Shown: positions 52,662-64,000 of the stretch, piece by piece | Numbering within the stretch: the first letter of the stretch is position 1 | Layout: every line of letters starts with the position of its first letter | NCBI GenBank assembly: GCA_051546255.1 | Contig: CP128816.1 | Location: 1,550,001 to 1,614,000, forward strand | Direction of reading: 5' to 3' | Origin: Meyerozyma guilliermondii | Lineage: Eukaryota | DNA length: 64,000 nucleotides | The notes under the pieces: model-generated | Database searches by the model: none | The model's input: only the letters and a program-made list of their open reading frames with translations | Told to the model about the DNA's origin: nothing | Translations under genes and position numbers: made by a program

Positions 52662-55029
52662 TTAAGTCTCCAACCTCTCCACATTTTCCTCGTTGAACAC
52701 GAGTCCCTCATGGATCTCGTCTGCGAGAACAGTTGCTTCTTGTTCGTCAATTGCATCTTGTTCATGTTTATCGAAATGAATATCTCGAGTAGGAATTTCA
52801 GGACCGATCGTCTTGAACAAGCTTTGTAACTGGTCAAAGTCTTCCACACCATCGTTGTCAAAATCATACGTAGCCAACTCCACATTTTTGTTGGAGATGA
52901 GATTCAAATATGGTCCACAAGTTTCAATCTCAGACTGCGATAATGGAGCATCAGTAGCCTTATCTGTTTCAGTAGGCAATGCAATTGGCAGCGTTGTCGG
53001 AACAGCAGATGAATCAACAGGAACCATAGGAAGTTCATATTTGAACAAATAGCTTCCGTTCAAAGGAGATATCAACTTGAGAGTATTCATATCATCGATC
53101 ACCGCCATCTGTCCAACCTCATGAGGTGAAGCATTACAGTCTAGCATGTCAGCAGCGTTCGGAACTGTTAGAAACTTTGAGGCATGCTCTGATAGTATCC
53201 ACGAATCAATAAATGCACTTTTGCTTGTATTTTTTGTAACCTCAGCCCCCGTAGTTCTCAATCTGTTAGGATAGTTATTGTTGGAGTTTCCCAGAAGGTA
53301 ATTGATGTTGTACCAATGGATAGACCCAGACGACTTTGTAATACATCCAAATCCAGAATTCAACCCCTTGATAAGATTATTTCCATCGTAGTTGTTGATG
53401 AACCAGAATATGTTCTTGACACTAGCTGATGTTTTACCTCGAACAAACTTGCCGGTGAGTGATACCTCCTTCGGTAGTTTGAACAAGTCCCACATATAGA
53501 ATAGATCACCACGGTAACTGGAATGAACCATTTGTAAATCATAAGGGGAAATTGAAAGGTTGGAAACACCTCCAGGCGGTTTGAAAAGACACATAACCTT
53601 GTCGCTTTTCAAGTCAACAATCTTGATCAATTGATTGTCGTTGGGAACCAAATGCATTGTACTCTTGTGGATAGTTGCCGCAGTACTGCTTGCTGTAGAA
53701 TAAAGAAGTTTGCCAAACGATTTTCCTAAAGAATTGAGCTGTTGAACCATGTTTCTTTCTTCTCCACTGGATTGTTCTGGAGGGGTTTTCTCAGAATTAA
53801 GATAATCTTTGAGCTTGTTGGAACTGGCCTCTGAAATTTTGAAAAGTCCGTCCAATGCTGTTTTCGATAGCGTCGACAAAACGGTATTGAGTACTGGACC
53901 AGGAGGCGGCAACTTTACAGGAGTAAACATGTCAGGGCTAGACAAGAGCACATCTTCACGCGGCATTGCCAAAGGATCAACATCATCGTTTTTCACCACC
54001 ATTGGCTTATCGCTACTGCTCTTGATGACAGCATTAATGAGGTTATATTCGTACTTTGTTGGAGAATAAACCAACCAATCTCCAACAATATCGAAGAGTG
54101 GCTCATCCTCAAAGCAGCTAGTTTGGAAAAACATTTCCTCGTCTATGACTTTCGACAAACCATGCTTGGCGACAAGTGGTTGACAGCAATGTTTTCTGGT
54201 TGCCTGCAATTTGAAGTCGTAGTTTCCCATATGGTATTTCGGAGGATTGAAGCTCTCAGATTTGTAGACATAAATGAAGCCCTCTGAGTTACCGAGGAGC
54301 ATATAGGACTTTCTCACTTTTAGCTTGAATTGAGGAGAAGCATTATTGGTATTCTTTCGTTGCATGAATGGTGGAATTGAGAGGACTTGAAGAACATTGG
54401 TACTTACCATGTTTCTTGCTTGCTCATGGATCTCAATACTGTAAGGAAAATCCTTCGTCTCATCCTTAACGATAAAAACAAAAAATGGATCTTTCAGGAT
54501 TTCACAAAGCACAAACTTCTCAATTGTCCTAGAGGGATTTACCTCTGGCGTATCCATCACTTTACCACCGTTGAACTTATATGTTGGAGGATTTAACGAA
54601 GGTGCTTTTACCTTGAATTGATGATGCAAATACACTGCGTCTCCATACTGACCAGTTGTGGTGTGAGGGGTCCAACCCCACACTTCGAGGACATGTTCCT
54701 TAGGAAAGAGAATGTATATATCACCCTTGATACCACATTCTACTATCGTTGCTGCCGAGTCCGCTATTCCTTCGATTGCTTCATTATCCTCGTCAGTATT
54801 AGCGGGTATATCCAAGTTGGGAGGTGATGCTGAGCCAGAGTTCAGTCGATGGGTCTTGCTATTGGTGTTTACCGTCGCTTGCCGTATTTTTTTCCATGTG
54901 GCAGAAGCAGTACCTAGTTTATAACCCTTTTTGGGGTTTGAATGACTGAGTTAATACGAGACAAAAGAAGGTCAAAAAAACAACTTACATTTTGTTGATC
55001 TTCACCTGTTCATTCATTGGCTGTGTCAT
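52662..55029 (-). CDS. BCAS3/PROPPIN-like beta-propeller protein, 2 exons: 55029-54989, 54945-52662 (774 aa)
   Basis: Splicing supplies an ATG in frame with the TTG-started ORF. IKIVDL...VSNLSISP...WDL...FVRGKTSASV...GSIHW.NIN and late LSQSEIETC resemble BCAS3-family motifs (from memory). Confidence 0.65.
54946..54988 (-). other. 43-nt intron with non-canonical branch TATTAAC
   Basis: Minus strand GTAAGT ... TATTAAC TCAG; phase 2, in frame after removal. Confidence 0.8.
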
Positions 55030-56292
55030 GGCAGCTTGAAGGTGTTTAAGGGCTTAATTGGCGTTTTTATTCAGAAAGACGTGGAACTGAGGATGCTGGT
55101 TGAGAAGTTTTATGCGATGAATTCAGCTCTAAAAGTGTCCACAGTACCTCAACAGCTCGGATAACTGTTATGGGAGGTCCAGGAAGTGTAATGGACTGAT
55201 TTTAAATGGTAAAGCTAGCTTTCAGATTTTGTGGGTCACTGTGTTTCTGTTGTGTCTTATCGGAATTTACGCGAGCAGTTATCAGCGGGATGTGCAGGAA
55301 AGTGGGGGTCCTGGTGAGGGAGAGGTAGGAAGGAAGAACCGGGAGCGATCGAGGGCAAAGAATGCAAAGAAATGCACCTTAAAGCGTGTGTATGCTAAAG
55401 ATGGCGCCAAGAGAGTTGTGTTTGATTTTGGCACATTTTGGTGAGCCCGAAGCCGGAATTGACCACATGGTGTTCAGCGTAACTTGACTCATGGCTGCGA
55501 CAAGTGGGGGGAGCCCCGCATAAACTCGCAGTGGGGAAGATAACCATGGATCAGATTGAGTTGGATAAAAGAGAGAGCAACTTTGAAGAAGCCAAAAGTT
55601 TTGTTTTCAAAAGCGCATCAATTAGGATCACCATGAGCATAATCGACGGTTAACATTAAAAAAATGTAACGTTGCTATTATATTGAGCATTTGCATTATT
55701 CTGAGAAAGTGCCAATACTGAACCTTACAATTTCCAGCTTAATTTTTTTTTTCAACTTAAACCCAGAAGATGAAAGTTACTGAACAAGGCTAATTGCATA
55801 AGCTTCAGTCCCCACCATTGGACCGTCAAAAAAAAGTTACGATCTATTCTTCTTGTTCATCTTCCTGACAATCTTCAGCATCTCGATTTCGTCATGTCAA
55901 AAACAACATGCTAACAGAAAGGACAACCTCCCTAAATTTCATATTCTATTCACATTCGAAAAGCACCATAAAGCATTGACCCACGTTTTTTACCCAAGCA
56001 TTTACTTAATTTTCACTCGCAGCTAAATACGCTACGGCGATATTCTCAAAGACGCTCGGCGGCTAAATCTGTAAACCTCGGCGATTGCCGTCAGATGGCC
56101 AAAAATAGCAATTGTGAATAAACTGCCGTAAAATCATCACACACACAAAATATACACTGTGATTTTGGTACCCATAACCCATTCGCAATTGCACGTAACT
56201 TGCCCTGCGGTTATCTATTTATCTGCCGTCCCCATATTTTTTTTGCAATCGCATTCTGAGGCGCACATTGTTCAGCCTCGATTTATGAATCC

Positions 56293-58497
56293 ATGCAGCT
56301 ATGGATCAACTCGCTTCCTGGCGAGGTTCTCGACCGTATTCTAGCACGTTTGACAGTGGCAGAGGTGTTTGCTTTTGTTGATCCTATCACATTGCACCAA
56401 AACCCAGGTATAAGAAAAGCTGTCATCAATCGCGTAAACCATGCTCCATTGCTTGCCCATAATAGATTGCAACAAACCTACTTGGTGATGTACTTGCTTT
56501 CGCCAAACTTTCTCGCAAAACTGACCATGGAGCCTATGCATCTTGATAACTTGGAAATGCTTTGGATGATGGAATCCACATGGGGACTCAGGCTCTCCCA
56601 CCCTGTAACCATGAGTTTTCACATTTGGAACTTACTTGCTGCTACCGATCTTCTCAATCACTTGAAGAGACTCGAAACCAGTAACCTTGAATACAACATC
56701 GAGATTGAATTCGATCCTTCTATCCTTCCTAAATTGAGCATGTTTTATCTCATCAATCAGATCGCCCGTTGCGCCGGTACGAAAATACGATCAATTCTGA
56801 TCCTAAATTACGAAGGGGGCTTCACCTTCGATCCATCTATGATACCCAACCTCAATGCACTCTGGATAGAAAACAGCGACGTGAGTTTTGCTGGTCCATT
56901 CTCGCCGCTGCTCAAATGGTTATGTCTTCATCCAAACAAAAACGGTTATGCCCGCAATAGACCGGTGCACATAAATTGTTCGCTTCCCTGCAACGCTTCC
57001 TCGATCCTCCTAGGCAACTGTTTGATCGACTCTTCCTCGGACAAGTACCCATTTCCCCACCTGATTCGAACCTTGAGCTTGGAAAACATCAAAGACTTGA
57101 CTCCGTCGCATTACCTGCGCCGATTGATGGAGGAAAACCAAAATTTGCGGTCTCTTACGATAGTCAATTCGATATCAACGATCGACTTGAAAACACTCGA
57201 TTCTTTCGGGGTTTCCAACGTGCAAAAACCCAATTGGGATCTTGGCGGTACCTACTTGACGTCGCTTCAAATCAGCCGCAGTGCATTGAGAGACATAGTG
57301 TTGCCTGATACTCTACGTGAGTTGAATATATCCAATAATGGCATCGTGGACTTGCAACGCATAAATCTCCCGGAATCCTTGGTCTCATTAAAGGTATCAG
57401 ACAACCCAATTGATTGGACTGGTGGGGTGTGGTTTCCGCCCCGGCTCAAATACCTTGACTTGGGGAATACTGGCATCAAATCGTTGAAACCATTCGTATT
57501 TCCCGACTCAGTGGAAATATTAATCTTGGCAGTTAACAAGATTGAGTCAATTGATGGAATAAAATTCCCAAGCAAACTTCGTCTCTTGGCCATTGGAATG
57601 AACAAAATAACACAGGTCGTTAACCCCATATTACCGCGCAACATTCATACTATCCACTTCACCGAAAACCATATTGGCAATTCATTTCGTTTACTCAACG
57701 ATCAGGATGGAAATCCTCTCAACTTGAAAGTGCTCTTCATCAACCATAACCGTATAACGGACTTTTCTGCAATCAAGTATCCAAGAAGTGTGGAGATCCT
57801 TAACCTCGACAATAATAATATTTTAAGCCTCAGAAACGTTGAATTCTCACCTAATATTCAAGATCTCAGCTTCCGAGGATGTGACCTCTCATATATCCGC
57901 AATGTCACCTTTGCAGAGAATTCCAAGTTAATCACTTTTATCATGTCCATTAACGACCTCAAAACTATCGACCGAAATACCATCCAATTTCCTCCCTCCG
58001 TTCAACTTATCAACTTTGGCGGTTGCGCAATTGACTCGGTTGATCCAGAGACTTTTACACATTTGCATTCCCTTCGACACTTGTCGTTTGCTGGCAACAA
58101 GCTTAAGAGTTTAGTGTTGTCACTTCCTAGTTCGGTCCGAGAGTTGGACGTTTGTTGTAACAAGATCAGGCGACTACGATTGAACTTTCCTGCCAATTGT
58201 GATAGTTCTTTAGCGGCATTAAATATCTCTCAGAACAAACTCAGCAAGTTTTCTCCCTCGCTAATTGGTCATGGTGTTAACGGCGTCTATCACCAAAACT
58301 TGGTTGAGATTGATATCACTAACAACAAAGTTACAGACAATTATATGGCAGCTATACTTGATGACATGCCCAGATCTTTAGTAGCTTGCTTTGTTGGCTA
58401 CACAGGGACCCAAGACAGTTACGGGTATGATATTGGGCAGAATATACTCGACCACCCTTTATGTCTTGGAAAGAGAATAGATGTCTCTCATTTATGA
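56293..58497 (+). CDS. Leucine-rich-repeat protein with N-terminal F-box-like motif
   Basis: SLPGEVLDRILARL at the N-terminus; many 22-aa repeats of the form [LF]PxxLxxLxLxxNxIxx. Confidence 0.8.
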   Translation: MQLWINSLPGEVLDRILARLTVAEVFAFVDPITLHQNPGIRKAVINRVNHAPLLAHNRLQQTYLVMYLLSPNFLAKLTMEPMHLDNLEMLWMMESTWGLRLSHPVTMSFHIWNLLAATDLLNHLKRLETSNLEYNIEIEFDPSILPKLSMFYLINQIARCAGTKIRSILILNYEGGFTFDPSMIPNLNALWIENSDVSFAGPFSPLLKWLCLHPNKNGYARNRPVHINCSLPCNASSILLGNCLIDSSSDKYPFPHLIRTLSLENIKDLTPSHYLRRLMEENQNLRSLTIVNSISTIDLKTLDSFGVSNVQKPNWDLGGTYLTSLQISRSALRDIVLPDTLRELNISNNGIVDLQRINLPESLVSLKVSDNPIDWTGGVWFPPRLKYLDLGNTGIKSLKPFVFPDSVEILILAVNKIESIDGIKFPSKLRLLAIGMNKITQVVNPILPRNIHTIHFTENHIGNSFRLLNDQDGNPLNLKVLFINHNRITDFSAIKYPRSVEILNLDNNNILSLRNVEFSPNIQDLSFRGCDLSYIRNVTFAENSKLITFIMSINDLKTIDRNTIQFPPSVQLINFGGCAIDSVDPETFTHLHSLRHLSFAGNKLKSLVLSLPSSVRELDVCCNKIRRLRLNFPANCDSSLAALNISQNKLSKFSPSLIGHGVNGVYHQNLVEIDITNNKVTDNYMAAILDDMPRSLVACFVGYTGTQDSYGYDIGQNILDHPLCLGKRIDVSHL

Positions 58498-59290
58498 GTC
58501 TGACGACAGCATTGAGGCTTCGAGAAAGTAGTCGATTACGACAGTTTAATATATCCATTATGACACTGGTACGATAACATGACCTTACACCTACAAATAC
58601 AAAGAATGTAGATCACATAAATAGTCCCATTCAGCCATTACTTAGGGCGAACGGGGTGGAGGCGATCACTATATTATTCCATTTGCAAAAGTGTTCCCGT
58701 AAGTCATTTTAAACTGAAAATAAACGAATATAATCAGGACAAACGAGAAGGCTATGCCATGGGTCTACGGCTATCAAATACAAACGATATCCTTATTGTT
58801 GGTACTTGGTAATAGATGCGACGAAGCATGTAAAAAATGCATGAAAATTGCATAGAAAAAATGCGACAGAGAAAGCCATGCAGGAAAAATGGTTCTAACT
58901 CTGAACACAAAGTGGACCGCATCGGAAGTTTATTTCGAACTGTCGGGACTGCAGATAAACGCGCAAACTCCGAGACCCGAAGACTGAGTGAAGACAAAGA
59001 TAATCGAATAGCGAATAGCAACCGTATATAGCCGTATAATTAAAAGAGACAGAAACGTTACTATACACTAACACTCAAGTTTTTGGCTTACTTTAAGGAG
59101 CTATTCACCGTTTTCATATTCAACGAGTGCCCAGATGCAGTACGCCAACAGTCTAAATGTTGGGGTCTCAACTTTTCGCAGCTGTTGGATTGGGTGCATA
59201 TAAAAGATATTTCTCTCCCTCTAATACAACTTGGTGCAATTGAACGGTTTCGTATAGATTAAACACATAATTCAACCATAGTTGTTTATA

Positions 59291-62200
59291 ATGAGACCAG
59301 AAATTGAACAGGAACTTTCTCATACCCTCTTAACTGAGTTGTTGGCATACCAGTTTGCCTCACCAGTTAGATGGATTGAGACCCAAGATGTGTTTTTACA
59401 ACAACACAACACTGAAAGAGTAGTGGAGATTGGTCCATCGCCAACGTTGTCCGGTATGGCCTCCAGAACCATCAAGGCCAAATATGAATCGTATGATGCT
59501 GCTTTGTCGTTGCAACGTCAAGTGTTATGTTATGCCAAGGATCCTAAGGAAATTTACTACACTCCAGATCCAGCAGAGGCCGCTCCCGCCGCTGAAGAGC
59601 CCGCGGCTACCGAGGCTGCTCCAGCTGCTACTCCAGCTGCTGCCCCAGCTGCTGCACCTGCCGCAGCAGCACCTGCTCCATCTGGACCCGCTGCGTCTAT
59701 TCCTGATGAACCAGTCAAGGCCGGTTTGTTGTTGCACGTTTTGGTTGCCCAGAAATTGAAGAAGCCATTGGATGCTATTCCTATGTCGAAGCCAATCAAG
59801 GATTTGGTCAATGGTAAGTCCACCGTGCAGAATGAAATTTTGGGAGATTTGGGTAAAGAATTCGGATCTACTCCTGAAAAGCCAGAAGACACTCCTTTGG
59901 AAGAGTTGGCAGACCAATTCCAAGACACTTTCTCTGGTCAATTGGGTAAGACTTCTACTTCTTTGATCGGTAGACTTATCTCTTCCAAGATGCCTGGTGG
60001 ATTTTCTATCACCATTGCTAGAAAGTATTTGGATACCAGATTCGGTTTTGGTCCAGGTAGACAAGACGCTGTCTTGTTACACGCCTTGACCCAAGAGCCA
60101 GCCAGTAGATTGGGATCTGAGGCTGACGCCAAGCAGTTTTTGGACACCGTTGCTACCAAGTATGCTTCTATCGCCGGTATTTCGTTGTCGTCTGCCGAAT
60201 CTAGTAGCGGTGGAGGTGCTGGAGGTGCTGTGGTCGATAGTGCTGCTTTGGAAGCATTGACTGCCGAAAACAGAACTTTGGCCAAGCACCAATTGGAAGT
60301 GTTAGCCCGTTACTTGAAAGTCGACTTGCAGAAAGGAGAAAAGTCTTTTATCAAAGAGAAGGCAGCTGCCAATGTTTTACAACAAGAATTGGACTTGTGG
60401 GAGGCAGAGCACGGCGAGTATTATGCCACTGGTATTAAGCCCACTTTCTCGCCTTTGAAGTCCAGAACTTATGATTCGTACTGGAATTGGGCCCGTCAAG
60501 ATGTGTTGTCGATGTACTTTGACATCATCTTTGGCAAATTGACAGAAGTTGACAGGGAAACCATTAACCAATGTATCCAAATCATGAACAGATCTAATCC
60601 TACTTTGGTCAAGTTCATGCAATACCACATTGATCATGTTCCAGAGTACAAGGGAGAGACTTACCAATTGGCAAAGAAGTTGGGTCAACAATTAATCGAC
60701 AACTGTCAGCAAGTGCTTCAAGTCGACCCAGCTTTCAAGGATGTTGGCAGAATCACTGGTCCAAAGACCACCGTTGACGCCAAGGGTAATATCACTTACT
60801 CTGAAGTTGAGAAAGAGTCGGTTCGTAAGTTTGAACAATACGTTTACGAGATGGCCCAAGGTGGTAAGATGACCAAGATTTCTCAGCCAACAATCCAAGA
60901 AGATTTGGCTAGAGTCTACAAGGCAATCACCGTTCAACAATCTTTGTCTAAGGGCACCAAGCTCGAAGTGCAAAAATTGTATGAGCAATTGATTGATTTT
61001 GTTGAGAAATCAGACGAGATTGAGGTGTCTCGTTCAACCAAGGCTTTCTTGCCTACGGGAGCAAACACTCCTACTGAGGAAGACGAGTTGTCCACCACTT
61101 CTGCTTCAGACGATGACGAGATTGCTTCCTTGCCAGACAAGACATCGATTTTGCAACCAGTTTCATCGACCATTCCACCACAGACTATCCCATTCTTGAA
61201 CTTGCAACGTAAAAACTCCAGTGGTAATTGGGAATACGATGCAAGAAACTCAGCTCTTTACTTGGATGGACTCGAGAGCGGTGCCGTCAACGGTTTGACT
61301 TTCAAGGACAAATACGTCTTGCTTACAGGTGCCGGTGCTGGTTCAATTGGTGCAGAGATTTTGCAAGGTTTGATCAGTGGAGGTGCCAAGGTCATTGTTA
61401 CTACCTCTCGTTTCTCTAAGAAGGTGACTGAGTACTACCAAGCCATGTACTCTAGATACGGTTCCACCGGTTCGACTTTGATTGTTGTTCCATTCAATCA
61501 AGGTTCCAAACAAGATGTGGAAGCATTGGTGAACTACATCTACGATGACCCCAAGAAGGGTGGTTTAGGATGGGACTTGGACACCATCATTCCTTTTGCT
61601 GCTATCCCAGAAAATGGCAATGGATTGGATAACATTGACTCCAAGTCTGAGCTTGCTCACAGAATCATGTTGACCAACTTGTTGAGAATGCTTGGTGCTG
61701 TCAAGTCCAAGAAGACCACTGACACCAGACCTGCTCAATGTATCTTACCACTTTCTCCTAACCATGGTACTTTTGGATTCGATGGTTTGTACTCGGAGTC
61801 CAAGATTTCCTTGGAGACTTTGTTCAACAGATGGCATTCGGAGGACTGGGGTATGAAATTGACCGTCTGCGGTGCCATTATCGGATGGACCAGAGGAACA
61901 GGTTTGATGAGTGCCAACAACATGATTGCCGAAGGTATCGAGAAATTGGGTGTTAGAACATTCAGTCAAAAAGAGATGGCTTTCAACATCTTGGGTTTGA
62001 TGACTCCTCAAATGGTCAAGTTGTGCCAAGAGAGTCCCGTTATGGCAGACTTGAACGGTGGCTTGCAATTCCTTGACAACTTGAAGGAATTGACCACCAA
62101 GTTGAGAACTGATGTTATGGAGTCGGCTGATGTACGCAGAGCTGTCTCTATCGAATCTTCGATTGAGCAAAAGGTTGTCAATGGTGACGATGTCGATGCC

Positions 62201-64000
62201 AATTATACCGCAGTTGAGGTGCAACCAAGAGCCAACATGAAGTTTGAGTTCCCTGGATTGAAATCTTACGAAGAAATCAAGGAAGTTTCGCCAAATCTTG
62301 AGGGAATGTTAGACTTGGAAAGTACCATTGTTGTCACTGGTTTTGCTGAAGTGGGACCATGGGGTAATGCCAGAACAAGATGGGAAATGGAAGCTAATGG
62401 TGAATTCTCTTTGGAAGGTGCCATTGAAATGGCTTGGATCATGGGCTTGATCAAGTACCACAATGGTAACTTGAAGGGTAAACCTTACTCTGGATGGGTT
62501 GACGCCAAGACTCAACAACCTGTTGAAGACAAGGATATTAAGGCCAAGTACGAGGAGCAAATTTTGGAGCACTCTGGTATCCGTCTTGTCGAACCAGAAT
62601 TGTTTGGTGGATACGATCCAAAGAAGAAGAAGTTCATTCAAGAAGTGGTGATTCAGCACGATTTGGAAGAATTTGAAGCTTCCAAAGAAACTGCTGAACA
62701 ATACAAGCTCCAGCATGGTGATAAGTGTGAGATCTTTGAAATTGATGGCTCTGGTGAGTACACCGTCAAGATCTTGAAGGGTGCTACTTTGTACATTCCT
62801 AAGGCTTTGAGATTTGACAGACTTGTTGCTGGTCAAATTCCTACTGGATGGGATGCTCGCCACTACGGTATCCCCGAAGATACCATCAACCAAGTTGATC
62901 CAATTACTTTGTACGTATTGGTCTCTACAGTTGAAGCTTTGTTATCGGCTGGTATCACCGACCCTTACGAGTTCTACAAGTATGTCCATGTTTCAGAAGT
63001 TGGTAACTGTTCTGGTTCTGGTATGGGTGGTCAATCTGCCATGAGAGGAATGTTCAAAGACAGATATGCCGATAAAGAAATTCAAAACGATATCTTGCAG
63101 GAATCTTTCATCAACACCATGGCTGCTTGGGTTAATATGTTGTTGTTGTCTTCTTCAGGTCCTATCAAGACTCCCGTCGGTGCATGTGCCACTGCTGTGG
63201 AGTCTGTTGATGTAGGAATGGAGACCATCTTGAGCGGTAAAGCTAAGGTTTGTATTGTTGGTGGATACGATGACTTCCAAGAGGAAGGTTCTTATGAGTT
63301 CGCCAACATGAATGCCACATCTAACGCTGTGACTGAGTTTGAACACGGAAGAACTCCAAAGGAAATGTCAAGACCTACGACTACCACAAGATCAGGTTTC
63401 ATGGAATCGCAAGGTTCTGGTATCCAGATTATTATGACAGCTGATTTGGCTCTCAAGATGGGTGTTCCAATCCATGCCGTTATTGCCATGACTGCAACTG
63501 CTACTGATAAAATTGGACGTTCTGTTCCTGCTCCAGGTAAGGGTATTTTGACCACTGCTCGTGAGCACCATGGTAACTTGAAATACCCATCTGCTATGTT
63601 GAACATCAAGTACAGATCCAGACAGTTGAAGAAGAGATTGCAAGAGATCAAGAAGTGGGAAGAAGGAGAAATCGACTTTTTGTCTGAGGAGGCTGAATTG
63701 GCCAAGGAGGAATACGGTGATCAATTCTCTCTTGAAGAGTTCATGAGAGAACGTACTGAGGAAATCCACCGTGAAGCCAAGCGTCAAACTTCCAACGCTA
63801 AGCAACAATGGGGTAACAACTTCTACAAGTCGGACCCTAGAATTGCTCCATTGAGAGGTGCCTTGGCAGCATTTGACTTGACTATTGACGATATTGGTGT
63901 TTGCTCTTTCCATGGTACTTCTACCGTGGCCAATGACAAGAACGAGTCTGCCACCATCAATGAAATGATGAGACACTTGGGAAGAAGCGAGGGTAACCCA
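59291..64000 (+). CDS. FAS2: Fatty acid synthase alpha subunit, 3' end beyond the window
   Basis: [63 protein letters not shown] and SFHGTST; no stop seen in the window, hence absent from the ORF track. Confidence 0.97.
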   Translation, partial: MRPEIEQELSHTLLTELLAYQFASPVRWIETQDVFLQQHNTERVVEIGPSPTLSGMASRTIKAKYESYDAALSLQRQVLCYAKDPKEIYYTPDPAEAAPAAEEPAATEAAPAATPAAAPAAAPAAAAPAPSGPAASIPDEPVKAGLLLHVLVAQKLKKPLDAIPMSKPIKDLVNGKSTVQNEILGDLGKEFGSTPEKPEDTPLEELADQFQDTFSGQLGKTSTSLIGRLISSKMPGGFSITIARKYLDTRFGFGPGRQDAVLLHALTQEPASRLGSEADAKQFLDTVATKYASIAGISLSSAESSSGGGAGGAVVDSAALEALTAENRTLAKHQLEVLARYLKVDLQKGEKSFIKEKAAANVLQQELDLWEAEHGEYYATGIKPTFSPLKSRTYDSYWNWARQDVLSMYFDIIFGKLTEVDRETINQCIQIMNRSNPTLVKFMQYHIDHVPEYKGETYQLAKKLGQQLIDNCQQVLQVDPAFKDVGRITGPKTTVDAKGNITYSEVEKESVRKFEQYVYEMAQGGKMTKISQPTIQEDLARVYKAITVQQSLSKGTKLEVQKLYEQLIDFVEKSDEIEVSRSTKAFLPTGANTPTEEDELSTTSASDDDEIASLPDKTSILQPVSSTIPPQTIPFLNLQRKNSSGNWEYDARNSALYLDGLESGAVNGLTFKDKYVLLTGAGAGSIGAEILQGLISGGAKVIVTTSRFSKKVTEYYQAMYSRYGSTGSTLIVVPFNQGSKQDVEALVNYIYDDPKKGGLGWDLDTIIPFAAIPENGNGLDNIDSKSELAHRIMLTNLLRMLGAVKSKKTTDTRPAQCILPLSPNHGTFGFDGLYSESKISLETLFNRWHSEDWGMKLTVCGAIIGWTRGTGLMSANNMIAEGIEKLGVRTFSQKEMAFNILGLMTPQMVKLCQESPVMADLNGGLQFLDNLKELTTKLRTDVMESADVRRAVSIESSIEQKVVNGDDVDANYTAVEVQPRANMKFEFPGLKSYEEIKEVSPNLEGMLDLESTIVVTGFAEVGPWGNARTRWEMEANGEFSLEGAIEMAWIMGLIKYHNGNLKGKPYSGWVDAKTQQPVEDKDIKAKYEEQILEHSGIRLVEPELFGGYDPKKKKFIQEVVIQHDLEEFEASKETAEQYKLQHGDKCEIFEIDGSGEYTVKILKGATLYIPKALRFDRLVAGQIPTGWDARHYGIPEDTINQVDPITLYVLVSTVEALLSAGITDPYEFYKYVHVSEVGNCSGSGMGGQSAMRGMFKDRYADKEIQNDILQESFINTMAAWVNMLLLSSSGPIKTPVGACATAVESVDVGMETILSGKAKVCIVGGYDDFQEEGSYEFANMNATSNAVTEFEHGRTPKEMSRPTTTTRSGFMESQGSGIQIIMTADLALKMGVPIHAVIAMTATATDKIGRSVPAPGKGILTTAREHHGNLKYPSAMLNIKYRSRQLKKRLQEIKKWEEGEIDFLSEEAELAKEEYGDQFSLEEFMRERTEEIHREAKRQTSNAKQQWGNNFYKSDPRIAPLRGALAAFDLTIDDIGVCSFHGTSTVANDKNESATINEMMRHLGRSEGNP

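Noticed and set aside
55546..55653. 35-codon ORF MDQIELDKRESNFEEAKSFVFK...
   Set aside because: No recognisable homology or splice partner; length compatible with chance.
55907..55917. TGCTAACAG branch/acceptor-like sequence upstream of the LRR gene
   Set aside because: No convincing 5' splice site and no in-frame connection to the LRR ORF.

Overview
Gene-dense eukaryotic (budding-yeast) chromosomal segment with no prokaryotic features, CRISPR arrays or recognisable transposons. CTG codons fall at conserved serine positions, so this is a CUG-Ser ('CTG clade') yeast. A Meyerozyma/Debaryomyces-like species is my inference, not proven, and the supplied ORF translations misread CTG as Leu. I support about 36 protein-coding genes: ISA1, FRA1, KAP122, RFA1, STR3, complex I 24 kDa subunit, CDH1, ARO8, HIR1, GET1, CKB1, JAC1, CWC24, a DUF4112-like gene, ECT1, STF2/TMA10, ATE1, TFG2, RPL38, PRP18, PEX30/31, uricase, TCD1/2, NAT2, LEU5, NDT80, a divergent FKS paralog, BFA1, PHR2/GAS1, GSF2, MET6, SHP1, YSY6, a BCAS3/PROPPIN-like protein, an F-box-like LRR protein, and the 5' part of FAS2 (missing from the ORF track). 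There are also two tRNA genes (Thr-AGT, initiator Met) and five spliceosomal introns, four of them only 42-45 nt. The most notable unexplained signals are: (1) a strand-oriented TCCTGCA motif recurring in many unrelated promoters, a candidate site for an unidentified general regulatory factor; (2) a decayed tandem copy of the GSF2 3' end; (3) a perfect TCGG-N6-CCGA palindrome plus GATAA sites upstream of uricase; (4) two genes without obvious S. cerevisiae counterparts (BCAS3-like, F-box/LRR); (5) an FKS paralog with natural substitutions in the echinocandin hot spots. All motif counts were made by eye and need computational confirmation.
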